A DNA stretch of 64,000 nucleotides from a virus: the IMG/VR virus record IMGVR_UViG_3300043446_005051, positions 1 to 64,000 of that record; one strand, 5' to 3'. A program made the position numbers and the translations under genes. The notes under the pieces are model-generated. The model was given only the letters and a program-made list of their open reading frames with translations. It did not search any database and had not been told where the DNA came from. Below are positions 34,742 through 43,098 of this stretch, piece after piece. Positions within the stretch are counted from its first letter, which is position 1, and the number at the start of each line of letters is the position of its first letter.

Positions 34742-35710
34742 TTAAATTTGACCAACTAGATAGTTCTCATCCCTAGATACAAACCATTTTCTATTTACTG
34801 CATCTGGAACTGTTTCATAGCCATAATAAGTACTTCCATTTTTTTCAATTTGAACCTCCTTTGCAGGAATAATCATAATATGTGGAGAATCCTCAAGAGG
34901 TTTATATCCAGCTGAAAGAAGAGTAAAAAATGCTGGAACATCATATTCAGCGTGTACTATGATTATACTATCAATATCTTCTCCATCACATAGAAAATGT
35001 TCAGATTCTAGAAGAGAGAATTCATCACTATTTTTTAGATACCTTAGAGTGTCACAATTGGTTTCAAACGTACCTAGAGGTAGAAGGTCATTATTAAATT
35101 CACTATTAAAGTAGGTTTGAACTACACTTCTGAGATTAGTTGGAGCATTGTTGGACCCCCAGCAAATTCCACCTACTTCATATGCATCCCCAAATACATT
35201 GGAAGCCATAAGCAATCGAGTTGCATAAATTTTATTGTCCAGAGTATATCCTGAACGAAGATATGCTTTATCTGAATCTAAAGACAGATAAGTTCTAAAT
35301 CTCCCATTTCTAAATGAAAGATTAACTTGAAATACCATATCTGCCACATTCATATGAATTGATACATCTTCGGCATTATTCCCCTCTGGGCATTCTTGAC
35401 CTGTATAACCTTCTTCATACACCCAACAATGATTGTCCTCCCCCCCACTCACATCTGTCCAATCAATATCATCATCTTCATCTTTTCGATTGGAAAGGAA
35501 TGAATAACAATTTCGATAGCATCCATCACAAAATTCATTGTAAAATCCATCTGAATCCATTTCAATATCTTGATGAATATCTTTATAGTTGTCTGGCATC
35601 CAAGCATTGATTTTTAGAGAATCTTCTACTTTATAACTAAAGAATTTTGCTCCTTTTGGTAGAAGATGAACATTTACTTTGGGGGGAACAGTTTGAAAAA
35701 TTACAGACAT
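34742..35710 (-). CDS. Prokaryotic E2-like (family D / PRTRC protein B-like) conjugating enzyme with Cys-rich N-terminal region
   Basis: SNVFG...GGICWGSN.....YFNSEFNNDL motif with candidate catalytic Cys; CDGCYRNC...HC...C; start placed downstream of the -10 box (35740 alternative). Confidence 0.72.
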   Translation of the reverse strand: MSVIFQTVPPKVNVHLLPKGAKFFSYKVEDSLKINAWMPDNYKDIHQDIEMDSDGFYNEFCDGCYRNCYSFLSNRKDEDDDIDWTDVSGGEDNHCWVYEEGYTGQECPEGNNAEDVSIHMNVADMVFQVNLSFRNGRFRTYLSLDSDKAYLRSGYTLDNKIYATRLLMASNVFGDAYEVGGICWGSNNAPTNLRSVVQTYFNSEFNNDLLPLGTFETNCDTLRYLKNSDEFSLLESEHFLCDGEDIDSIIIVHAEYDVPAFFTLLSAGYKPLEDSPHIMIIPAKEVQIEKNGSTYYGYETVPDAVNRKWFVSRDENYLVGQI

Positions 35711-35809
35711 TTTGGATGAATTCTGTGTAACTTCAGTCATTGTAGCAGGAAGGGGCGGTGTGGATAAAAAAAGGGGACACCTCAAAAAGTGTCCCCCGAT
35801 ATTACTATA

Positions 35810-36892
35810 TCAACTAGTAGCAAAAGCAGATTCATCAATCTCTTTAGCCGCACTAGTTAGTACATCATAGAGATGGAAGATTTTGTTCAGGTCTTCTGAA
35901 TTCTGATTAATATAGTCATTAATCAGGTCTTCAATCTCCCATAGTTTAATAGTTTTATTCCCTTCTACATTCTCGGTATTTAGAGTGCCATTCTCGTTAA
36001 AAAAGAATGGGTCATCCATATATTGATTGTATCCATCATAATCATTATACTTATAGGTTGCATATTTCTCTAGCCACTTATCATACGAATCTGAATCCCT
36101 ATGGGATTTACCTCCCTTATACTTTACAGGAGAATATTTAATTACAGTTGTAGGAGTACTATAATCCACATATTTTAGAACATCTGGATGAAATGTAACT
36201 TCTGAAATTGGAGTGGCATCAATAAGTTCATCATATTTCAGAAGAAAGCGACGACCATTTCCAACTACGGAAGCTGCAATTGTATATACATTTTTATTTA
36301 CGTCAATACTTCCTACAACTAGATGAATACCAGGGTCTCCTAGCTCATACTTATCGTCAATTCCTGAGAAGAAAGATGGCATAGTATTATGCGAATGACT
36401 AGACCCAACAGGAATCCACCCAGAAGGAGGATAAGATTCAACAACCTCTCCAGTTTCAATGTCAATGGATTCATCAAAGCTATCAATTCGTACAGCGGCT
36501 CCAGATACCTTTTGTTTGGGTACAAGAATCCTATATTTTGATGAATCTTCATCCGAACGAAGAATCCGAATAGAAACTTCAACTTCGTTACTTACTTTAT
36601 TTACAAAGTGAAAACATAGTTTCACCCAACGAGACCAAAGTTCTGCTGGAATTTTATGAATATCAGAATTTAGTTCAAAATGTTCAAGATGCTCTTTTGT
36701 AATTTCTACATTTGCATCTGGGTCTGGACAAGAACGAATATACTTACCCCAAGGCCCTTGATACACCTCAAAACATCCATCCAAGGAAGTGCGAAGAATT
36801 GAAGGAGGAGTATTCACTAGTTCTTCTTCAATCTTGATTTCATTAATTTCAAGAGTATCTTCTTCGACCATAGTTTGAATAGTTTCTGACAT
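35810..36892 (-). CDS. JAB/JAMM metallo-isopeptidase (PRTRC protein A-like)
   Basis: Upstream Glu (NEVEV), PKQKVS, exact H-x-H-x7-S-x2-D motif HSHNTMPSFFSGIDD, GIHLVVG. Confidence 0.9.
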   Translation of the reverse strand: MSETIQTMVEEDTLEINEIKIEEELVNTPPSILRTSLDGCFEVYQGPWGKYIRSCPDPDANVEITKEHLEHFELNSDIHKIPAELWSRWVKLCFHFVNKVSNEVEVSIRILRSDEDSSKYRILVPKQKVSGAAVRIDSFDESIDIETGEVVESYPPSGWIPVGSSHSHNTMPSFFSGIDDKYELGDPGIHLVVGSIDVNKNVYTIAASVVGNGRRFLLKYDELIDATPISEVTFHPDVLKYVDYSTPTTVIKYSPVKYKGGKSHRDSDSYDKWLEKYATYKYNDYDGYNQYMDDPFFFNENGTLNTENVEGNKTIKLWEIEDLINDYINQNSEDLNKIFHLYDVLTSAAKEIDESAFATS

Positions 36893-36937
36893 AATAAAAA
36901 ATAATAAAAGAACTTGGGTATAGAAAATAATTTGTAT

Positions 36938-36974
36938 GAAAAAACCCTCAAAGGTTATGTAAACCAATGAGGGA
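36938..36974 (-). terminator. Intrinsic terminator-like hairpin between the Ubl and JAB genes
   Basis: Minus strand CCCTCA...TGAGGG followed by TTTTTT. Confidence 0.6.
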
Positions 36975-36994
36975 TTATCTTAGTTAGTTAGGAG

Positions 36995-37255
36995 TCAGCC
37001 CTTTTGCTCGCTGTTAGTTGCAGCACGGTAAGATTCACCTGCACGCACAACCTGAGTAGAAGGAACAGCTTCGCCGTTGAGAACGTAACGATTGATACGA
37101 GTTACATCGCCCAGTGAGCTAGCATACTCAGCGTAAAGCTGGGAAACGGTCTTACCAGTGAATTGAGCAGAGTTTAGTGAAACACTCTCTTCGTTGAAGT
37201 AGAGAGTAACAGGGCTCTCGGTGTCAGCTTGACGGATTTGGGAGAAGAAAGACAT
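36995..37255 (-). CDS. Ubiquitin-like (beta-grasp) protein with C-terminal Gly
   Basis: 86 aa; KTVSQL helix start, YVLNGEAVPSTQVVRAGESYR resembles ThiS/MoaD strands; ends EQKG; first gene of the JAB-E2-E1 cluster. Confidence 0.78.
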   Translation of the reverse strand: MSFFSQIRQADTESPVTLYFNEESVSLNSAQFTGKTVSQLYAEYASSLGDVTRINRYVLNGEAVPSTQVVRAGESYRAATNSEQKG

Positions 37256-37908
37256 AGTTGGTACTCAGAATAAAGGACAAAGGGGGATGAAAGAAGTTTG
37301 TGACCTCTCTCACCGACTCACATACCGTAGCAGAGGACCGCTCGGAATGGGAGGTGAGGTGGACAGTTCAGAAACCGTCCGATTGGTGATGAAGAAAAGA
37401 GGTTTCAGCTCTCTTCCCTCTCTCACCGACTCCATCAGATTAGCTCATCTGGCCCGTCTCTGGAGTGAACAGTGGACACTTCAAAAAGTGGCATTCGGGT
37501 AATTAAAAACTCACTTTTCAATTTCCCAATTTACATCCTCAGTCATTTTTACCCAAAATGACTGAGAATTCCGAATTGGTTTTAAATGATATGAACCTGA
37601 TTTAGTTTCAAGAAGTTCACAAGATTGTAGCCCGAGCATTCGCCTATCGAAATAATCTTCAGCTTCTGCTGTCTTGGGTTTGATCGTAATAAACTTCTTC
37701 TTCATTTTCATAAACAAACATCCAATCAGAGGGTTCAGTTTCAGTGAGAACTTCAAAAGAGTTCTCATATAGGTCAAAGAACTCACATTCTTCGACCTGT
37801 GAATTTATCATAAAAGAGAAGGACATCTCTCATAATGAAAAAGACCTCTTGAGTCTACCAGCTAACTCAAGAGGTCTCGGGGTGTTGTGTGCCAGTTTGA
37901 AAACTGGC

Positions 37909-38598
37909 TTAGAATTGATGAAGCTGTCTGGAATTTACATCGTATATGGATAATTTACCATTCGCATCCCCGCAACAACTATCTAATACAATTGATTTGT
38001 TGTTTAAATCAATTGTTAAATTTCTATAATGCCCTGCAACTCGAATAAAAGATTGCTCTTGATTATTTTGAGTCCACCATTCTATTCTATTTCTTTTTAA
38101 GTCTTGAGTTCCATATAGAAATTGATGCTTATGGTCTTTCTTAATTGCACGAATGAAGTGTTCTTCTTCATATTGAGGAACTTTGATTTCATCACTAAAG
38201 TAAGCGTGAGCGCATCGGAACTCTACATCGTAGATGTCTTTAAATACAATTCCAAACGGCTGACGAATTAACCAATCATAAAGGTCATCTAATGAAATGT
38301 GATTTGATAATTCAGAGATAGTAGTATCCAACCCATTGTTGAGTAAAATTTGATTTCCCCTTAAGTATCGAATTAATTTATCTTGATGATTACTTTGCAG
38401 TACAATTGCATTTAAATTCAATTCGGCTTCTTTAACCAGCTCATAAACTCCAAAAGAATCTGAATAGGAATTCTTGGAATCAAACAAATCTCCGAGAAAA
38501 ACTACTCTTGAGTTTTTAATTTCCTTTTGAATGAATTTAAGCGCAGCTTTAAGATTCTTTGCTTGAGAATGCACATCCCCGATGAGTACATAATTCAT
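37909..38598 (-). CDS. Metallophosphoesterase (Ser/Thr phosphatase / ApaH-like)
   Basis: IGDVH, LGDLFD, SNHQ, CAHA, VAGH, LDSCC. Confidence 0.88.
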   Translation of the reverse strand: MNYVLIGDVHSQAKNLKAALKFIQKEIKNSRVVFLGDLFDSKNSYSDSFGVYELVKEAELNLNAIVLQSNHQDKLIRYLRGNQILLNNGLDTTISELSNHISLDDLYDWLIRQPFGIVFKDIYDVEFRCAHAYFSDEIKVPQYEEEHFIRAIKKDHKHQFLYGTQDLKRNRIEWWTQNNQEQSFIRVAGHYRNLTIDLNNKSIVLDSCCGDANGKLSIYDVNSRQLHQF

Positions 38599-38830
38599 TT
38601 TCTTCGAACATATAATCTATCTATACTAGCACATTCACCAAGAAAACGAAAAAAAAGAGGACACTTTCTGAAGTGTCCTCTTCACTATAGATTAGAGCCG
38701 TCTCTAAATCCAAAGATATATCCAATGTAAATTCCGGCAAAAAATGCAACGAAAAGATAAAGGCTTCGAGCAAGTTGTTGAGTTACTTCTGTAAGTTCAG
38801 GATTCATTTCAATTTAATTTATAATGAAAA

Positions 38831-38902
38831 AGCCCCATGATGGAAATTGAACCATCCTTTCCGCTTTACAAGAGCGGTACATCGCCACTATGTTTATGAG
38901 GC
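38831..38902 (-). tRNA. trnT: tRNA-Thr(UGU), atypical
   Basis: Acceptor GCCTCAT/ATGGGGC, anticodon stem CCGCT/AGCGG, loop CT-TGT-AA; A at position 8 and an 8-nt T loop. Confidence 0.8.
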
Positions 38903-38911
38903 AGGGTTAAA

Positions 38912-39187
38912 TTAATCTACAGGAAGACAATCTGGATTTATATATTCAAGCTCATACATTAAAGGATGTGCTTCTTCTACTGCTAGATAACTTGAATATA
39001 AGTATATCTCTTCATCTGTATATCTTTTATTTCGAGAAGCTTCTTCAATGACTTCTGGATTATCTTCTTCTATTTTGGGTAATTCATCAAATGTATAAGG
39101 TATTTCTTGAATAAAATACATTTTTACAATAAAACTTTCAAGTTGAGTATCAATCCAACGATAGCCAATGCTAAGTTTGTATTTCAT
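38912..39187 (-). CDS. Conserved cyanophage hypothetical protein
   Basis: IVKMYFI..IP.TFDELP...YL..EE.HPL pattern. Confidence 0.65.
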   Translation of the reverse strand: MKYKLSIGYRWIDTQLESFIVKMYFIQEIPYTFDELPKIEEDNPEVIEEASRNKRYTDEEIYLYSSYLAVEEAHPLMYELEYINPDCLPVD

Positions 39188-39208
39188 TCGAGAAAGAACT
39201 TATACATC

Positions 39209-39733
39209 TTATCTATTTAGATAAGAGATAGGTAAATATAAAGTTCCGTACTTCTCAAATACATCTTTAAATCGTTTTAAATCTTTACCTAGATATATGA
39301 ATGCCGATTGAAAAGGTGCAGCACTTTTACCATTTCCAAATTTAAGTCTTTTATTGATTGCAATCCAAGGATATTCCGAAACCGAGTTCCACCATTTTGT
39401 AGATACATCTAATTTAATTAGTAAAATTAATTCCTTAGAATGACCTAATTCATATTGACGAACTGCATATGGAACCCATAATTTACTTTCACTATATGGA
39501 TGATTCATAAATACGCTTTCTGCAGTCCATTTATGAGCTAATCCATTTGTTTCTTCAGTATAAACTCTTTTAGCTGGAATATTTGGATGAATATCTGAAT
39601 CTGAACAAGGGTCTAAATCAAGTTGATGATTGAAGAACGTAAGAACATCATTTACAATTTCTTGAGGAGTATTCCAACAATCGTGACGTGTTCCAGTGGT
39701 AGAGGTTAGAGCTTTAAGTGATAAAGATGGCAT
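39209..39733 (-). CDS. Phage Dam-type DNA N6-adenine methyltransferase
   Basis: W.TP, LDLDPCS, NGL...W, FMNHPYS (motif IV variant), RLKF, APF.SA. Confidence 0.85.
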   Translation of the reverse strand: MPSLSLKALTSTTGTRHDCWNTPQEIVNDVLTFFNHQLDLDPCSDSDIHPNIPAKRVYTEETNGLAHKWTAESVFMNHPYSESKLWVPYAVRQYELGHSKELILLIKLDVSTKWWNSVSEYPWIAINKRLKFGNGKSAAPFQSAFIYLGKDLKRFKDVFEKYGTLYLPISYLNR

Positions 39734-40071
39734 AGAATTAATTCTTAATCATATATTCAACAGTAGTTGCAATATCATTCATTGCATCTCTTAAATCAGG
39801 TCTTTGTCCAGATTCTTGTTTAAGAATCGGTCTATCATCTTTAACAAGAGTCCATCTCCATTGAGACATAGACTCACACCACCATAAGTTGATTTTCATT
39901 AATTTTATCGTATTCAGTTTTGATTCGGTTCAATAAATCACTCAATTCTCCTTTTAGAGGTTCAGTTAAAAATGCTTCATTTGCAAAAATATAAAAATCT
40001 ATTGCATCATAAGCAATTTTACGGTCTCGTTGAGACATTAATGTCATAACTTAATTTAGATGTTGTAAATA

Positions 40072-40196
40072 TTTAATAAGAACTCCAAACCTTATTTCTC
40101 CTGTACTCAGGAGTCCACAAATGGCAGAGGAGAAAACCTCCAAAGTTTGTTCAGGGTTCTTATTTTGGAAGACCCGAACATTTCCAGTTCTTCCAA
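40072..40196 (-). ncRNA. Candidate structured RNA directly 3' of tRNA-Asn
   Basis: TTGGAAGA/TCTTCCAA hairpin, then an AATAAGAAC/GTTCTTATT-closed multibranch with GGAG/CTCC and CTCCTG-AGTA-CAGGAG arms. Confidence 0.45.
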
Positions 40197-40269
40197 CTCC
40201 CCCAGTCCGCCTCGAACGAACAACCCCAGTGTTAACAGCACCGTGCTCTACCAATTGAGCTATAGGGGA
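40197..40269 (-). tRNA. trnN: tRNA-Asn(GUU)
   Basis: Acceptor TCCCCTA/TGGGGGA, loop CT-GTT-AA, G discriminator. Confidence 0.93.
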
Positions 40270-40351
40270 ATGATGGAGTAAGTGTATATAAGTCTCATAA
40301 GGACTTATCAGGGACTTACCCTCTATCATAGTATATATATTACATCAGTTT

Positions 40352-40777
40352 TTAGATTGTGTCAAGAGGGATTTCCAAATAATTTTCTGCTAAATGTATT
40401 TTATTCTTTTGATTATTTTTTGGAGCAGATAATCTTAAATTGAATGTTTTATTGCATTCTTGTGGATTTACATAATAACATTTATCAGTATCGGGGCAAT
40501 ATACGCACATTATATCAATTTCATTTTTATCATAATCTTGTGTATGAGTTCCGTTCTTATCCGCCCAACAAGTTCTAAAAGAAACTTCTATTTTATCATT
40601 TTTTGCTGTTCTATATTTAACCTGTATTCTTAAAAACTTTCCATCTTTATATACAACAAGGTCAAATGGAGAATGTTCTGTATGAGGAGTAAGTATTAAA
40701 TATCCCTTTTCATACAGGTCAAGTTGTGCCTTTAATACCCCCAAATCTCCTTTATTTTTAGTATGATGTTCTCTCAT
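40352..40777 (-). mobile_element. PD-(D/E)XK homing endonuclease (I-Ssp6803I-like family), free-standing between tRNA genes
   Basis: TKNKGDLG...G...PFDLVV...RIQVKYR...Y...EID; TATAAATA late promoter near 40799-40806. Confidence 0.85.
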
Positions 40778-40838
40778 AAAATTTAAATGTCTTATAAGTA
40801 TTTATAAGACTAACAACTTACACATATGTTAGTTAAAA

Positions 40839-40911
40839 CAGGCGTATCAGGATTCGAACCTGAGATGAGGAGGTAGAAGCTCCTAGTGATAATCCACTTC
40901 ACCATACGCCC
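40839..40911 (-). tRNA. trnR: tRNA-Arg(UCU)
   Basis: Acceptor GGGCGTA/TACGCCT, loop CT-TCT-AC, GTTCGAATC T arm. Confidence 0.92.
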
Positions 40912-40917
40912 ATAATA

Positions 40918-40993
40918 GACCTCCAGGTTTGTGCATCGTTGAGAGGCATAGGAGGGGTGGGACTTAAACGACGTTTGGACCGCCGTTGCCCAT
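40918..40993 (-). ncRNA. Candidate ~75-nt GC-rich two-domain RNA in the tRNA-Arg leader
   Basis: Starts just after TTGACA-N17-TAAATT; GGGC-AACGGCG/CGTCGTT-GTCC and CCTCC..TGC/GCA..GGAGG stems. Confidence 0.5.
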
Positions 40994-41066
40994 AAAAGTA
41001 ATTTATCAGATGACCCCAACTTTGTCAACTGTATTGTGCCAGTTGCAAAAGTGGCTTTTTGATATT

Positions 41067-41456
41067 TTATTTAGGATATCGAATATATGCATTACTTATT
41101 TCAAAATTACGAGTTTTACCTTTATTTGGTACAAATCCGTGTCCTGAATAAAACTTTTTAAGTTTCTCTTTATAATTCTTTTCTGGAGCTTGGTCTAATG
41201 ACATAGAAGCTCCAATTTTATCTGCGTGTTTTGTAAGCCCTTTCATAATTCGTCCTCCTACACCTTTACCTCTAAGATGCTTGGGTACCCATATATCGTG
41301 AACTTGAATGTTTGGTTTTCCTTTAAATTCTTTTTTTGAAAGATACAAATTTAAACCTTGATAACCAGGTCGTTTTTCCCATTTTCTTGAAATAGTTTTA
41401 TGTGCGTCAGGCTTCGCAGATTTAGCTTCTTTTATGAATTGCTTAAAAGTTTTCAT
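41067..41456 (-). CDS. GNAT acetyltransferase with an internal-head-protein-like leader
   Basis: IWVPKHLRGKGVGGRIM (motif A), LKKFYSGHGF (motif B); N-terminus MKTFKQFIKEA. Confidence 0.85.
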   Translation of the reverse strand: MKTFKQFIKEAKSAKPDAHKTISRKWEKRPGYQGLNLYLSKKEFKGKPNIQVHDIWVPKHLRGKGVGGRIMKGLTKHADKIGASMSLDQAPEKNYKEKLKKFYSGHGFVPNKGKTRNFEISNAYIRYPK

Positions 41457-41463
41457 AGTCGGT

Positions 41464-41907
41464 TCAGGTTAAATAAGACCTTAACTTATAAACAAAGACA
41501 CCGTGAGCTTCCATTAAATCTTGAACAAGATTTGCAGTGGCGTAACTTCTTTGATTTTCAGCTTCTTCAGAAATATCTTTTAACAATTCAACAATCTTTT
41601 GATTATCACTCAACAATTGTTGAACCATTCCTTTTGCATCAATAACTTGATTACCATTCGCTGGGCCATCAATAGATGAGACTTCAACCATTCGAGTCAT
41701 TGTTGACACAGGTCGAATATTTAAATATCGCATATGTTCTGAAATTCTATCAACCTCCTCAAACATTGCTTCATATTGAGCACCAAATAATTCATGAAGT
41801 TGTGGAAAATCAGTTCCAGTTACATTCCAATGATAGTTCCAAGTTTTTTGAAATAAAACAAATAAAGATGCTTGAGTATCAGAAAGTAATTTGTATAGTT
41901 TTTCCAT
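41464..41907 (-). CDS. dps: Dps ferritin-like DNA protection protein
   Basis: HWNVTG..FPQLHELF..QYE.....D.ISE ferroxidase signature; late promoter TATAAATA upstream. Confidence 0.92.
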   Translation of the reverse strand: MEKLYKLLSDTQASLFVLFQKTWNYHWNVTGTDFPQLHELFGAQYEAMFEEVDRISEHMRYLNIRPVSTMTRMVEVSSIDGPANGNQVIDAKGMVQQLLSDNQKIVELLKDISEEAENQRSYATANLVQDLMEAHGVFVYKLRSYLT

Positions 41908-41924
41908 TATACTTTTTTTATTAT

Positions 41925-43020
41925 TTATAAAGATTGCTCTCTGGTAACACGTTTAAAGTCTTTAAGAACTCCATCAACGAAATGAAGTCTACATCTAGGC
42001 CAATCATGCCAATCTCCATCCCACGTTGCAGGATATACTTCTATATATTTGGTGATTTTATGAGGAACATATCTTCCATTTTTTCCAGTAGGGATCCATT
42101 CAAAATTTAAAAATTTTGATTTTTCATTATATCGTTCATCATTTTTTGAAATCTCTTCAAATGTATGAGTACCAATATAATCAGGTCTCCATAGCTGACC
42201 TGCAGGGTCCAACCAATAGAGAGTCATTGTGCCGCCAATTCCATATTCAATGTCTTTTGTCTGGCAATATACGTTTGTAAACTCTTCTCCTAGATTATAG
42301 GAAGAGCGAAAATCATCGAACATACCCAATTACGAATCCTCCTGTTTTGAACTAAAATAAATTTTATAGTAGCGTTTTTTCATACCTTCTATTAAATTCA
42401 TATCATCTTCAAATCCCATATATTTAAGTAATTGATAAGACCCTTCTAATTCACTAATAAGTCTTAATACATTAGTGGGGGACCTTTCGAGTCCCCCAAA
42501 AGAGTAAATATTCATACTAAATCATTTTCAATATCCAATTCATTAATATGAACTTTTTCTCTTTTTGAATAGAGTTTTGAATAACTACAAATTTTACACT
42601 TGGGATTTCCACAATCTAAAGGGTCTTGTTTAAAGATTCGTCCAAAAGAAAGAGAATTGTCTGGAATAAATTCAAAATGTTTGTGTAACTTTTTCCACTT
42701 ATTTTGAAGTCGTTTTGCTTGATGACGTTGATAAGCAGTTTTAGCCATTCATTGAAGGTTTAGCTTTATTTAGAACTCACAAAAGTATTAATTTTATTTG
42801 CTAGTACTTCAATCTTTTCATAAGAAGGAAATTCTGGATATGCCATTTTCACTGTATTATGTGGATTCTCATTCCACAAAGAAACAATAGAATACTCTGC
42901 TTGATATTCAGACTCCGCAAGAGCCTGAGCTTGCTCAAAAATTTTAAATCGAAGTTCGTAAGGTGTCATAATTTTATTCCTGTGTGTATGATGTGTGAAA
43001 TTTGCTAATACGATTAGCAA
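41925..43020 (-). other. Four small conserved phage hypothetical genes (41925-42329, 42330-42515, 42512-42748, 42766-42969)
   Basis: Coupled ORFs; motifs MGMFD...QTKD, CGNPKCKIC, MTPYELRF. Confidence 0.65.
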
Positions 43021-43094
43021 TACCCGAGGTCGGATTCGAACCGACGACTGCTCGATTTTAAGTCGAGAACCTCATTCCGCTGGGTCACTCGGGC
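43021..43094 (-). tRNA. trnL: tRNA-Leu(UAA) with short variable loop
   Basis: Acceptor GCCCGAG/CTCGGGT, loop CT-TAA-AA, variable region only CAGTC, A discriminator. Confidence 0.88.
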
Positions 43095-43098
43095 AAAA

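Noticed and set aside
33941-37255. Thiamine or molybdopterin biosynthesis (ThiF/ThiS, MoeB/MoaD)
   Set aside because: No ThiG/MoaE partners; an E2-like gene and a JAB gene are present; the Ubl ends KG rather than GG
40270-40838. Group I intron around the PD-(D/E)XK endonuclease
   Set aside because: Both flanking tRNAs are complete and there is no room for an intron core
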